A stretch of 64,000 nucleotides of DNA from positions 1 to 64,000 of the IMG/VR virus record IMGVR_UViG_3300011472_000011; one strand, 5' to 3'. Under the pieces are notes generated by a model. That model had not been told where the DNA came from. It ran no database searches and worked only from the letters and a program-made list of their open reading frames with translations. The translations under genes were made by a program, and so were the position numbers. Position 1 is the stretch's first letter; each line of letters opens with the position of its first letter. This DNA comes from an uncultured virus (IMG/VR IMGVR_UViG_3300011472_000011). Lineage: Duplodnaviria; Heunggongvirae; Uroviricota; Caudoviricetes. This document shows positions 47,371 to 57,770 of this stretch, piece by piece.

Positions 47371-48165
47371 TTGACTGGATATAAGAATAAAGAAAAAGTT
47401 TTAATACTATCTGATTTACATTGTCCTTTTCATAACGAGAAAATGATTTTAGATATTATAAATAAACACAGGTTTAGTATAGATACTATAATCTTTGGTG
47501 GAGATATTATTGATTGTGAATCAGTTAGCTTCTTTCCTAAAGAGAATAGAAAATCATTAGTCGAAGAAATGGTAATAACATACAATTTGCTAAATAAGAT
47601 AGATAAGTTAACACCTGATGCTAAAAAGATTTTAATTAAAGGTAATCATGAACATAGGTTTGATAGGTTTTTAGCTGAAAATAAATCTGAATTAAATATA
47701 TTTCATAGTAATAACATTCTTGAAAATATAGTTAACGGATTTTCAGTTCATAACAGGGATACGGAAAATAAAACAGTATATTCAAAACTTTCAGATAATT
47801 TTATTGTTATAAATAAATGGTTTGTTCAGTATGGAGACATTATTGTATCTCACCCAACAAATTATTCAAAAATACCACTCAAGACTGCTACTATGGCAGT
47901 TGAACATTTTGTAAAGCGAGGAATGATTTTCAATACTATGTTTATTGGACATACTCATAAATGGGGTGATACATTCTTTTATAGCAAATGGATTGGTGAG
48001 TTAGGATGTTTATGTATGCCTATGGAATATTCTGATAATGGTAATGTTAATTACACTCCTCAGATTTATGGTTACGCTGTTATTACTTTAGTAAATGGTA
48101 TTACAGATTATGATAATAGTAAGCTGTATAGAGTGGAAGAAAAGGGTGATAACAATAGCTGCTAA
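47371..48165 (+). CDS. calcineurin-like metallophosphoesterase
   Basis: SDLH, GGD.ID, GNHE, GHTH. Confidence 0.85.
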   Translation: MTGYKNKEKVLILSDLHCPFHNEKMILDIINKHRFSIDTIIFGGDIIDCESVSFFPKENRKSLVEEMVITYNLLNKIDKLTPDAKKILIKGNHEHRFDRFLAENKSELNIFHSNNILENIVNGFSVHNRDTENKTVYSKLSDNFIVINKWFVQYGDIIVSHPTNYSKIPLKTATMAVEHFVKRGMIFNTMFIGHTHKWGDTFFYSKWIGELGCLCMPMEYSDNGNVNYTPQIYGYAVITLVNGITDYDNSKLYRVEEKGDNNSC

Positions 48166-48979
48166 GAAGAATAGACCTAAGATGGAGACAAAAAAAGAAT
48201 TAATGTCTTATCTTAGAAGAAACAAAGATATAGAATTACCTTTTGTTCAAGAAGTATGGGACTTAGCTGTTGAGCAAACAGCAGGAAAAGTAGCTGGAAC
48301 TAAGGCTGTTGAGACTACTGATATAAATGGTGATATTAAAATAATAAAGATACCAGATATTATTGATAATCCTGTTTCTAAGTATTTTCAACTAATGGCT
48401 TTAAAACGAAACAAAGAAAAAGGTGAAGCTTTAAGAGATAAAAATAAAGATAAAACTTCTAATCAAGTTGAAATAAAGAATGATGAAAACCTTGAAACAA
48501 AAATTGACGAAGATGATGATATTTTAGATGTTGAAAAAAACTCATTTATAACTGGACTTATAAATATATATTTTTCTAAAGTTAATGATGAAGATTTAGA
48601 TTTTGTAGTTAGTAGATTATCAGAATATTATACTAATTATGAGTTTAATGAAGGTTCAGATAAATTTTTAGTTGTTTCCGTTGTAAGTGATGAATTGTCT
48701 CTCCGAGAACTATATTCAAAAAGAGTAAAAGGCTCGGATAATGAAAAAAGAATAAAAGATGTTCAGGATGGTTATTTAAAAAAACTAGACAGTTTAAAAG
48801 TTTTGAAAAAACAAGGTAGTGCAATAGATGAAGGTAAAAACAAGTTTACAGTATTTGTTGATGAATTAGAAAAAGCAGGAGAGTTGAAATTTAAAACTCC
48901 GGAAATTGATAATGATATTATTGGCGAATTAGTAAAAGCCATTAATAATTCTGTAATAAGGGCATTTAGTGATGGCTAA
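48095..48979 (+). CDS. hypothetical protein upstream of terminase (small-subunit candidate; start possibly ATA at 48155)
   Basis: Position and translational coupling to terminase. Confidence 0.5.
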   Translation: MVLQIMIIVSCIEWKKRVITIAAKKNRPKMETKKELMSYLRRNKDIELPFVQEVWDLAVEQTAGKVAGTKAVETTDINGDIKIIKIPDIIDNPVSKYFQLMALKRNKEKGEALRDKNKDKTSNQVEIKNDENLETKIDEDDDILDVEKNSFITGLINIYFSKVNDEDLDFVVSRLSEYYTNYEFNEGSDKFLVVSVVSDELSLRELYSKRVKGSDNEKRIKDVQDGYLKKLDSLKVLKKQGSAIDEGKNKFTVFVDELEKAGELKFKTPEIDNDIIGELVKAINNSVIRAFSDG

Positions 48980-50609
48980 TAAAAAGCTAAAACAACAGAT
49001 TAGAAACAAATATGCTAAACGAAGATTACTAATTGCACAATCCATTTGCTTTTTTAGAAAATATCCTGAAATTTTTATAGAAGAAATGCTTGAAATTAAG
49101 TTGAATATTTATCAAAAGGCTTTAGTTAGAGCCTTTTTTGATTGCAAATATTCATTATGGATTCTATCAAGAGGGTTAGGAAAGACCTGGCTTGGAGCTT
49201 TGTGTATCATAACTTATTGTATGTTGTACAGAGGCACTTTTGCAGGTGTTATAGCCCCTTCATTCAGACAATCTAAAATGGTTATTGAAGATAAGATTGT
49301 TAAGGACATTATGGATAGAAGCCCATTCTTGAGAAGCGAAATAAGCAGAGTTATTATTTCACAAGCTGAAGCAAAAATTGAATTTTACAACGGTTCAAGA
49401 ATACTAGCCGTACCAACTGGTGATGGTAATAAAATCAGAGGTTATAGATTTCATATTCTATTTTGCGATGAATATGCTCAAATTCCAAAGGAAATTCTTG
49501 ATTTAGTTGTAAACCCCATGATGAACGTTAAGCGAGGGTATGAAGTTGGCAAAACGGATTACGATGATGCCGTTGGTAATAGATTATTAGCTACATCCTC
49601 TGCCTATTATCAACATAATCATTTATACGATTTAACTGTTCAATATATTAAAGAAGTTTCTAATGGAAATTTAAAATATTTTGTTTCCATAATGGATTAT
49701 ACAGTTGGTCTTTCTGTAGGATTATTCGACGAAGATCATATTGAAAAAGAAAAAAAACGCCTCTCCCCTATTGATTTTGATATGGAATATGGATGTAAAT
49801 TCCCTAACCTATCAGACAATGGCTGGATTAGTCCTGATGATTTACAGAAATGTTCGGTATTAAAGAATTTTCAACTTAAAGGAATTAAAGATTATGAGTA
49901 TGTTATAGGTCTTGACGTTGCTAGAATTGAAGGAAATGACAATAGTATAGCTCATGTCTTTAAACTAATACATCGCAAAGGAAGTATGGAAAAACATTTA
50001 GTCTATACAAAATCAATGAACGGACTAAAGTTTGAAGATCAGGCAAAAGAGGTTAGAACTCTCCTAAAAAGGTATCCAAACACAATAAGAATTTTTATGG
50101 ATACTAATGGTCTTGGTGTTGGTTTATCAGATGAACTAAGTAAGCCGTATTGGGATTTTGAAGAACAAAAAGAATATCCTCCATTAATTGATATAAATGA
50201 TGAACAAGCTGTCAAAGACATACCTAACGGCGTTCCTATTATTTATGGTTTTAAGCCTACTCCAGAGATTAATCATAAATGTGGTATGGCTGTTAAAACC
50301 GCTACTCAAAAAGGATTACTTAAGATGTATAGCTTGGATGCAGGAGATATAGAAGGTAAATTTAGTGATAAACCTCTTACTGATGAAGAGGAAATGCAAA
50401 TACTTGAAGCTGAAGCAACCAGGAGAGAAGTTATGGCTATTGTTGCCGAACCTCAAGGTACATATTTGAAATTTCATCCTGTAAGTAAAAAATATAGAAA
50501 AGATAGATGGTCTGCTCTTGGTTTTGGATTGTATGGAGCTGAAATTATAGAACAAGAAAGAAATAAAAGTGATGATATACCTCTAGTTGGATGTGTATCA
50601 AGTAGATAG
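48969..50609 (+). CDS. terL: terminase large subunit
   Basis: SRGLGKT Walker A, RG.RFH.L.CDE Walker B, GLDVAR and KDRWSA nuclease motifs. Confidence 0.9.
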   Translation: MMANKKLKQQIRNKYAKRRLLIAQSICFFRKYPEIFIEEMLEIKLNIYQKALVRAFFDCKYSLWILSRGLGKTWLGALCIITYCMLYRGTFAGVIAPSFRQSKMVIEDKIVKDIMDRSPFLRSEISRVIISQAEAKIEFYNGSRILAVPTGDGNKIRGYRFHILFCDEYAQIPKEILDLVVNPMMNVKRGYEVGKTDYDDAVGNRLLATSSAYYQHNHLYDLTVQYIKEVSNGNLKYFVSIMDYTVGLSVGLFDEDHIEKEKKRLSPIDFDMEYGCKFPNLSDNGWISPDDLQKCSVLKNFQLKGIKDYEYVIGLDVARIEGNDNSIAHVFKLIHRKGSMEKHLVYTKSMNGLKFEDQAKEVRTLLKRYPNTIRIFMDTNGLGVGLSDELSKPYWDFEEQKEYPPLIDINDEQAVKDIPNGVPIIYGFKPTPEINHKCGMAVKTATQKGLLKMYSLDAGDIEGKFSDKPLTDEEEMQILEAEATRREVMAIVAEPQGTYLKFHPVSKKYRKDRWSALGFGLYGAEIIEQERNKSDDIPLVGCVSSR

Positions 50610-50618
50610 GAGTATTTA

Positions 50619-50849
50619 ATGGAATTAAAAAATTTAGAAGATTTAATAACTGTATTTAAGGCAGCAATTTTAACAAAACAAAATTTAGGTATTATAATTG
50701 AAATGCCTGATTTTGAATCTCCTGAAATAATAGTAAATCCTACAGAAAATTTATCAAAGAAATTAGAATATTACCAAAATACTTATGATGAGAATTTAGA
50801 ACATAAACATGCTAAAGGAATTAAAATCATAGGCTATACTTTCTGTTAA
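50619..50849 (+). CDS. hypothetical phage protein
   Basis: IEMPDF..PE.I.N..EN...KL.YY..TYD.NL. Confidence 0.6.
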   Translation: MELKNLEDLITVFKAAILTKQNLGIIIEMPDFESPEIIVNPTENLSKKLEYYQNTYDENLEHKHAKGIKIIGYTFC

Positions 50850-50861
50850 GGTGGTGTTTAA

Positions 50862-52301
50862 GTGGATGAAATAAAAAACAGTGAAATTTTAGAAGCTGCC
50901 GGAACAATCAAAGAAGTTTCTTATGGTAAATTCTATTCTTCCAATTATGAATTGAACGGAAACCCAAAAGGTTATAATTTGGAAATTTTAGTTAAAAACC
51001 CACAAGAAAATATTGAAAAGATTATATTATTAGCAAAGTATTACTATCATAAAAACGGCATGATAATGCGTGTTGTAAATATCATAAGAGACTTTGGCTC
51101 TGATAATCTTAATCTTGAGTATCCAACTAAGGACAGAAAAACTAAAAGAATAATTGAGAATTTTAATAAAAGAATTAATATTAATGAGGTTACTAAAGAT
51201 ATAATTTTTGAAGTAGCTCTAACCGGAAACTGTGCAGGTTATAATAGAGATGGAAAAAGAATTGATATTTACCCAATATCAAGGATAAAAGTATCTCCCT
51301 TAATAATAAACAATAAACCAGTTGTATGTTACAAAGCAGACGAATTGCTTTATGATTTTAACTATACCTCTTATACTGACATCCCCGATGAAATTATTGA
51401 ACAAATAAAATTAGCTTATCCAAGTGAAATAGCAGATGGGTTCGAAAATAATAAAAATATTGTAGTTCTTGATACCAAGAATTCTTTTTTTTGTAAAGTA
51501 AATTCTTCAAGATATGAACCTTATGGAGTTACTTTTCTCCTTCCTGCCTTTGATGAATTAGCTCATAAAAATGTATTAAAAGAAGCTGAAACATCAACAG
51601 CTAATGCAATAATAGAAAAAATACTTAGGATAAGTGTTGGTGATAAAGATAATAAGCCTAATGATACTGCTGTTGAATTTTATGATAATTTGATAAATGG
51701 CAAAAAGGGTTCAATTAAGGCTACTGTTCCTTACTATGTTGATATGAAATGGATAGAACCTGATAGCTCAATCTTTGGTGAAAATAAATTTATTCAAGTT
51801 GATAAGGATTTATTGTCCGCTTTAGGGGTTAGTTTGACACTTATCAGAGGTGAGGGCGGTGGTAACTATTCAGATGGAATTATTAATGTCGCCGGACTTA
51901 TTAAGACTATTGAAAATATTAGAAACAGTATAATTAGTGTTATTGAAGATTGGTATGCTCAAGAATTGATAAGAAACGGCATAAATGTGTCGCATTGTCC
52001 AAAGGTTAGTTTTCCAAAAATCAATATTGATGATAACTCAAGAATTGAATTAGTTCAGTGGTTATTTGAACATGCCGGACTTCCCTACTCTGTTTTATAC
52101 AATGAAAGTGGATATGATTATACTTCTGTTAAATTATTAAGAGAAGAAGAAAATGAAGAAAATGTTGAAGATATATTTGAACTTAGAGATCAACCTTTTC
52201 AGGGTCCAGCTAAATCAGAAGGACAACCTGAAAAAAGTTTAAGCAAAAGAAAAACAGATAAATCAAAGTCAAATAATGATCAACCTAGACCTTCAGATTA
52301 G
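50862..52301 (+). CDS. portal protein
   Basis: 479 aa after terminase; RYEPYG, acidic/basic disordered tail. Confidence 0.7.
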   Translation: MDEIKNSEILEAAGTIKEVSYGKFYSSNYELNGNPKGYNLEILVKNPQENIEKIILLAKYYYHKNGMIMRVVNIIRDFGSDNLNLEYPTKDRKTKRIIENFNKRININEVTKDIIFEVALTGNCAGYNRDGKRIDIYPISRIKVSPLIINNKPVVCYKADELLYDFNYTSYTDIPDEIIEQIKLAYPSEIADGFENNKNIVVLDTKNSFFCKVNSSRYEPYGVTFLLPAFDELAHKNVLKEAETSTANAIIEKILRISVGDKDNKPNDTAVEFYDNLINGKKGSIKATVPYYVDMKWIEPDSSIFGENKFIQVDKDLLSALGVSLTLIRGEGGGNYSDGIINVAGLIKTIENIRNSIISVIEDWYAQELIRNGINVSHCPKVSFPKINIDDNSRIELVQWLFEHAGLPYSVLYNESGYDYTSVKLLREEENEENVEDIFELRDQPFQGPAKSEGQPEKSLSKRKTDKSKSNNDQPRPSD

Positions 52302-52310
52302 GAGGTATAA

Positions 52311-53420
52311 ATGCAAAAAGAAAAAATAACGTTGGAATTTACAGGCTCTGTATTAGAATCAATAACTGAAAATATGGAGTTGGCTGGCTATAACGATAAG
52401 GATATTATGGCTATAAGGGGTGTGGCTTGTTATGAGGGTATTAATAAAAATGGTGCTCTCCTTGAACGTGCTGATTTGCAAAAATCGGTTGATTCTTTGT
52501 CATGCAAGCCGGTTAAAATTCGTTTTGTAGACAATAATCCTACAGGTCATGGCTTGAATTTAAAAACTGGTAAATTTGATAAATTAGTTCAAAGAATTGG
52601 TTTCATAAATTACGCTTGGGGAAGTTTGAATACCGATGATCTCTCTGATGAGGAAATAAGGGCTGATTTTGATAAAGATTTTTCTGAACGCAAGGGTATT
52701 TATGAGATTAAATTTGAAGCCGTTATATGGCAGAAGGATTTCCCTAACATTTGCAAAAGGCTAAGAGAGCTGCATGATAATGGTAATCTTAAATTTTCTT
52801 TTGAAATGGAACGTGATTTTATAATCACTGATGAAGGGTATAAAAAATGTTTTAATATACACTTTACTGGTATTGCAATTGTTGATAATCCTGCTTTCCC
52901 TGAAGCTAAGAGCTTAATGGTTGCAGAAATTTTAAATAAAGGAGATAAGATTGAAATGGATGAATTAAAGAAATTGATTGAAGCTATGAGTGCCAATATG
53001 AGTACAGAAATAGCTGAACAGTTTAATCAGAATCTTGGTGCTTTAAATAATAGTATAGAGACTTTAAAGAGTGAAAATGCTGATTTGAAAGTTGAGGTTG
53101 CCGAAAAAACTGGTGAGTTAGCCGATGCTAAGGCTGAACTTGATAATGTAAAGACAGAACTGGCTGAATTTAAGTCTAAAGAAGAGAAAGCTGAAAAACA
53201 AAAGGTTGGTACTGAAAGATATGAAAAATTAAAGAAATATGGTGAACCCATAAAAACTGTTGATGAAATAGCTGAACTTACAAAAGAGGAATTTGCAGAT
53301 TTGCTTTGTGAAATGGTTGATAGTTATGTACCAGATGAAATGAGTTCTATAGGTGTTCCATTTACTAAACAAAAAAGTGAAACTTCGAGTAAAGAAAAGT
53401 TACTAGGCTTATTAATATAA
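52311..53420 (+). CDS. prohead protease/scaffold fusion
   Basis: INKNG, FSFEM, F.G.A.V..PA protease motifs plus coiled-coil C-terminus. Confidence 0.7.
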   Translation: MQKEKITLEFTGSVLESITENMELAGYNDKDIMAIRGVACYEGINKNGALLERADLQKSVDSLSCKPVKIRFVDNNPTGHGLNLKTGKFDKLVQRIGFINYAWGSLNTDDLSDEEIRADFDKDFSERKGIYEIKFEAVIWQKDFPNICKRLRELHDNGNLKFSFEMERDFIITDEGYKKCFNIHFTGIAIVDNPAFPEAKSLMVAEILNKGDKIEMDELKKLIEAMSANMSTEIAEQFNQNLGALNNSIETLKSENADLKVEVAEKTGELADAKAELDNVKTELAEFKSKEEKAEKQKVGTERYEKLKKYGEPIKTVDEIAELTKEEFADLLCEMVDSYVPDEMSSIGVPFTKQKSETSSKEKLLGLLI

Positions 53421-53436
53421 TTTAGGAGGATTTATA

Positions 53437-53856
53437 ATGATAATTAGAAGAATTGGTAAAGGTAGTATAGATTTAGGTTTGTACGAAGCTGGTGAAGATT
53501 TAGTTAAAGGCAGAGCTGTTTGTTTAAAAAACAGAAAAATTGTTTATCCAACTGCTACTACTGATATAATATTAGGCTTTGTAAATGGAGCTATTGACTC
53601 TAACGAAGGTTCTGATAAAGATCATGACGTTATTAAGAAGGGTAAAAGAGTTGCCGTTCAAACATTAGCTAAAAACAATATGTTTGCTACAACTGAATAT
53701 TCAGGAAATTTAGCTGCCGACGATGTTTTAACTTTTGAAGTTGGGACGGGAAAAGTAATTAAGTGTATTGAAGGAACAACTGCCGATGCTTTATTTACAT
53801 GCGATAGCATTTCAAAAGCTGGCGGACACAATTTTTGCGAACTTTTTATAATATAA
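53437..53856 (+). CDS. head decoration/cement protein
   Basis: Small beta-rich protein just upstream of the capsid gene. Confidence 0.55.
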   Translation: MIIRRIGKGSIDLGLYEAGEDLVKGRAVCLKNRKIVYPTATTDIILGFVNGAIDSNEGSDKDHDVIKKGKRVAVQTLAKNNMFATTEYSGNLAADDVLTFEVGTGKVIKCIEGTTADALFTCDSISKAGGHNFCELFII

Positions 53857-53897
53857 ATAACAATCTTGTTTAATATTAAATTTTAGGAGGACGAATA

Positions 53898-54833
53898 ATG
53901 GCAAAATTAAATATAATGGAAATTGCCGAACAAATAGCAAATGGGCAATTATCAATGGAAGATAGCAAGGTTAAAGAAGCTGAAGCTATATTAAAAGAAC
54001 TTGCATCTACTGTTGATGGAAAAAATGAAATTGCATCTGTAATAGGTATTTATATAGATAGGACTTTTAATAAGTTTGATATTGCTCCTTATCTTTGCGA
54101 ATACAGAAACTTTAGTTTGGGTGATAGCCCTGAGTTCAGATTAAAGAAAAAAGGTATTAAGGCTTATTGGATAGCTCCAAATTCTACAACTCCAAAGTCA
54201 AGAAACTTTCAAGAAACACTTACTATGGAATTTGAGACTATTTCTGCTAGACCAGAGGTTTACTTAGATGAAATAGAAGCTGGAAGAATTCAAGGTTTTG
54301 TTGAGTTAGTTAGAGATACTCAGGAAGCTATTAAAAATGGAATTAGCGGTAAGGTATTTACTTTATTGGGACAATTCTATAACTTAACTAAAAATGCTGA
54401 TTTTTATGCACAAGATACTACTTCATTAACTGCTGATACACTAGATGAAGCTATTGACAAGATTTTCTATGAAACTGGAAAGAAACCTACTATTATAGCT
54501 GACTATATGTTATCACAGCAAATTACTAAGTTTGAAGGATTTACAGATGAAGCCCTTGAAGAAATCAGAAACAATGGAAAGCTTGGTACTTACAGGGGTG
54601 CAACTATAATGGGATTACCTCAGATACTTGACCCTGTTACTGAAGAAAATGTTGTTCCTACTAACAAATTATTTGTATGCTCTCAGAAAATTGGTTATGC
54701 AGGTACTTATGGTAATTCAAAAACTGGACAAGAAGTTGATATTGATAACTGGACTTGGAATGTAAGACTTGATAAAAACTGGGGTATGACTGTTACTGAA
54801 CCGAAAGGTTTGTATGTAATTGAGATAGTATAA
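53898..54833 (+). CDS. major capsid protein (HK97-like)
   Basis: 311 aa, position, strong RBS, G.YRG..I..LP and terminal G.......G..VI motifs. Confidence 0.75.
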   Translation: MAKLNIMEIAEQIANGQLSMEDSKVKEAEAILKELASTVDGKNEIASVIGIYIDRTFNKFDIAPYLCEYRNFSLGDSPEFRLKKKGIKAYWIAPNSTTPKSRNFQETLTMEFETISARPEVYLDEIEAGRIQGFVELVRDTQEAIKNGISGKVFTLLGQFYNLTKNADFYAQDTTSLTADTLDEAIDKIFYETGKKPTIIADYMLSQQITKFEGFTDEALEEIRNNGKLGTYRGATIMGLPQILDPVTEENVVPTNKLFVCSQKIGYAGTYGNSKTGQEVDIDNWTWNVRLDKNWGMTVTEPKGLYVIEIV

Positions 54834-54844
54834 GACAAATTTAG

Positions 54845-54970
54845 CTGCTCGTAGGAGCAGTATATTAATTAGATATGCTGATAACGAAAGTTATAAAAAC
54901 TAAGGTAGACGTACCTTGCTGTCAAGTTAACAGTTAGAGATAGCAATTATACAAATAGGCGTAAGGCTAT
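54845..54970 (+). ncRNA. putative structured RNA downstream of the capsid gene
   Basis: Five to six adjacent or overlapping hairpins with GAAA, GTAA and GACG loops. Confidence 0.35.
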
Positions 54971-54994
54971 AAAAAATAATAAGGTGAGGTTAAT

Positions 54995-55420
54995 ATGGAA
55001 AAAAAAAATGTAAAAATACAAAATTTAAACGCTTCAAAAATCAGACTTAATTTCATAAAACTTAATGGTAGAACTGTTCCTATAGCCGGAAATGGTATAG
55101 CTAAAATAACTGAAGATGAGTTGCTTTATTTAATGAACAATTCTCAAGCAATTAAAAAAGGAAGCATCAAAGTTATTAACGAAGATGAATTATCAAATGA
55201 CATTGATAAAGAAGATTTATTATCTCCAAATGTATTGACAGAAGATGAAATTGTTGAATTACTTAAAAAATCTCAAGCGACCGTCAAAAAAGAAATAGCT
55301 GAAATTGACAGTTTGGAAGTTATTGAAAGAATATTTAATAAGGCTAATGAGTTAGATAAATCAGTTAAGTTGATAGCTATTATTGAAGAAAGATTAGAAG
55401 AATTAAGACAAATAATCTAG
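54995..55420 (+). CDS. hypothetical virion-assembly protein
   Basis: Position after capsid; helical C-terminus. Confidence 0.5.
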   Translation: MEKKNVKIQNLNASKIRLNFIKLNGRTVPIAGNGIAKITEDELLYLMNNSQAIKKGSIKVINEDELSNDIDKEDLLSPNVLTEDEIVELLKKSQATVKKEIAEIDSLEVIERIFNKANELDKSVKLIAIIEERLEELRQII

Positions 55421-55433
55421 TGGAGGTGGTTTA

Positions 55434-55871
55434 ATGGCAACTCCATTAAAAGATATAGAAAACATTTTAGACTTATTAAAATCTCAAAGTGAAATATTTA
55501 ACGATGCCACTATTCCAGAAAGATATTGTTCATTAGGATTGATACAAACTGGACTTCAATTAAATAAAGATTATGAAATTATATCAGTTGAAGAAAATGG
55601 TACTACTGTTAAATATGTTGAGAATATAAATAGCAGAGAATGTTATTTAACTGCTCTTTATGCTTATAGAACCTATGCTTTGCAGAAGCATGATGAATTT
55701 GCAAGTAAAGCCGTAGGAGTTAAAACAATATCATTTGCTGTTACGGGGCTTATTGACAGAGCTAGACAAACAATGAAAGTTGTTGAATGGTGTGATATAG
55801 AAATTTCAAAAACATTACAACAACTTGTCTCCCCTTCTGGATTTTCTTCTGAAATGACTGGAGGATATTGA
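55434..55871 (+). CDS. head-tail adaptor (putative)
   Basis: Size and position; MATP start typical of such adaptors. Confidence 0.5.
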   Translation: MATPLKDIENILDLLKSQSEIFNDATIPERYCSLGLIQTGLQLNKDYEIISVEENGTTVKYVENINSRECYLTALYAYRTYALQKHDEFASKAVGVKTISFAVTGLIDRARQTMKVVEWCDIEISKTLQQLVSPSGFSSEMTGGY

Positions 55872-55872
55872 A

Positions 55873-56073
55873 ATGACTTTATTACAAGTTGAAACAAAGT
55901 ATAAGAACATTGATGAATATGAAAGCCTTTCAAAAAGAATATTTTCTTTAATTGAGCTTATTGAACTTGCCGGGGTTAAGGGTGAAGAATTTAAAATTTT
56001 AAGGCGAAGAATTTTAAATGCTGGAAATGATGTACTCAGATTAATGGATGGTGATGGCGATGGCATTAACTGA
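55873..56073 (+). CDS. small hypothetical protein
   Basis: FK..R..IL..GND..R motif seen in neck regions of large Firmicute phages. Confidence 0.5.
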   Translation: MTLLQVETKYKNIDEYESLSKRIFSLIELIELAGVKGEEFKILRRRILNAGNDVLRLMDGDGDGIN

Positions 56074-56677
56074 TAATAACAGTCTAGGTATACCGGTATC
56101 CGATATAAGAGATATTATTTCTGATGTTATGGAAACTCTCGGTGAACCTATTGAGATAAATGGACTTACTACTGTAGCGACTATTGTTGATGCTAAAGAA
56201 GCTATTACTGTATTTCGGCAGAATTTGAAGCAGATCGTTGTTTTATATAACATTCCTATTGAACGTGGGGATTTAGTATATTTCAGAACTGATAAAATTG
56301 GAATTATTTATAATATTCCTAATGAAGACATTGTTAGCTATAACGCTGAAATGCTTGTTTTTAATAGTTCAATAGATATTCATAAAGATGAAGTGGTGTA
56401 TGACGAAGATATTAACTCCTCTACATATGGTTCAATTATAAGTTCAGGCGAAAATTTTCAATTTACGCAAAAAGGGTATATCGAAAGATTAACTACAAGT
56501 GAACAATTAACTGATATGGGTTATAGAATATTTACTTCTTTTAAGTTTATTACTGATGTTAGTTTTGTACCGGATTATGCAGATATAATTTATTTCAAAG
56601 GTAAAAGATTCAAGATAAATGATATTGATACAGTTACAAGAGGTCTGGTTACGATTGAAATTGTGGAGATGATTTAA
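56048..56677 (+). CDS. head closure/stopper-like protein (putative)
   Basis: Position; duplicated beta domains. Confidence 0.45.
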   Translation: MVMAMALTDNNSLGIPVSDIRDIISDVMETLGEPIEINGLTTVATIVDAKEAITVFRQNLKQIVVLYNIPIERGDLVYFRTDKIGIIYNIPNEDIVSYNAEMLVFNSSIDIHKDEVVYDEDINSSTYGSIISSGENFQFTQKGYIERLTTSEQLTDMGYRIFTSFKFITDVSFVPDYADIIYFKGKRFKINDIDTVTRGLVTIEIVEMI

Positions 56678-57309
56678 TGGGTAAGATTAATCAGCTATCA
56701 ATAGAATTTAATGAAGAAAAATTCATTTATGATTTATGTGATAAATTAATAAATTGTGTAACTGAAACGCTTGGGCGAATAGAAGCTGAAATGAGATTTT
56801 TGGCTAAATCAAATACTGTAAAAAGCAGTATAAAATCTGAATTTGATAGTTATAGACATGATTTAGTTAATTATGGATTTTCTTTAATAGAAGGTAAAGT
56901 TGGAAGCACATCTTGGAAATCTTTTATTGAACAGTATGGTACTGGTTCTAAAATGAATCCTGTAATGAATGTGGATTTTGAATGGTATCGTAGTAGCATA
57001 TATTGGAATCCTGCAAGACAAGGAAAAGCCGTTGTTGGTAGACCCGAAGGCGAATATGATACTTTAGATTGGGAAAGTGTCGATGGTGGAACAGTTACCA
57101 AATATTCAAGTGGTAATTACGAAGGGCAAAATTTAGAAGAGCTTAAAACTAAAATGCCTAACGGTGGTATGGCAAGAATGTTTACACCTCAAGAACCTAA
57201 TGAGTTTATGAGTAATGCTATGATAAGAGTTCATAGTGATTTTGAAAAATCATTAGTAAATATAATGAAGTCAATTAATTTAAATAAATACCTTATTACA
57301 GGAAAGTAG
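56677..57309 (+). CDS. neck/tail completion protein (HK97 gp10-like, putative)
   Basis: EQYGTG motif and P..FM..A terminus. Confidence 0.55.
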   Translation: MGKINQLSIEFNEEKFIYDLCDKLINCVTETLGRIEAEMRFLAKSNTVKSSIKSEFDSYRHDLVNYGFSLIEGKVGSTSWKSFIEQYGTGSKMNPVMNVDFEWYRSSIYWNPARQGKAVVGRPEGEYDTLDWESVDGGTVTKYSSGNYEGQNLEELKTKMPNGGMARMFTPQEPNEFMSNAMIRVHSDFEKSLVNIMKSINLNKYLITGK

Positions 57310-57317
57310 GTGGTCAC

Positions 57318-57752
57318 ATGAGGTTTGTTGATATATCGGGATTAGCTTTTTTAAAATTAATTAAAGACAAAGAATTGCTTGATTTATTAGATATTCCTGA
57401 GCCTAGAGACGTTAAAACAATAAGAAAACATATATTAAATGAAGCATATCCTACTGACTTAATAGAAAGTGATATATCAAGATTATGTGTTTATGAAATT
57501 ACATCATCTACTAAATCTCGTAATTCATTAGAAACTTGCTACTTAGAATTTGATATATATGTTCACAAAAGAATAAATCAAGCAGATAAGAGAGCTTCTC
57601 TTATTGCTAATAAAATAAATAAATTATTTAATGAACAATACCTTGATGGTTATAAATTAAGTTACTTTCATAGAATGGCTAGTCCTAAGACAAGCTCTGA
57701 AGATTGGGTTAAATATGGAGTGATTTTTAGATACGATAATATCGTAATTTAA
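57318..57752 (+). CDS. tail terminator (putative)
   Basis: Position before tail tube; FDIYV...R. Confidence 0.5.
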   Translation: MRFVDISGLAFLKLIKDKELLDLLDIPEPRDVKTIRKHILNEAYPTDLIESDISRLCVYEITSSTKSRNSLETCYLEFDIYVHKRINQADKRASLIANKINKLFNEQYLDGYKLSYFHRMASPKTSSEDWVKYGVIFRYDNIVI

Positions 57753-57770
57753 TAAGGAGGAAATCGCAAT

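Noticed and set aside
47004..47384. 126-aa plus-strand ORF
   Set aside because: It overlaps two clear tRNAs and the structured RNA, so it is spurious
3034..50609. Inteins or introns in dnaE, nrdJ, dnaB or terL
   Set aside because: The proteins have normal lengths and continuous motifs
54877..54895. Hammerhead ribozyme core (CTGATAA...GAAA)
   Set aside because: Lacks CUGANGA and a compatible three-stem junction
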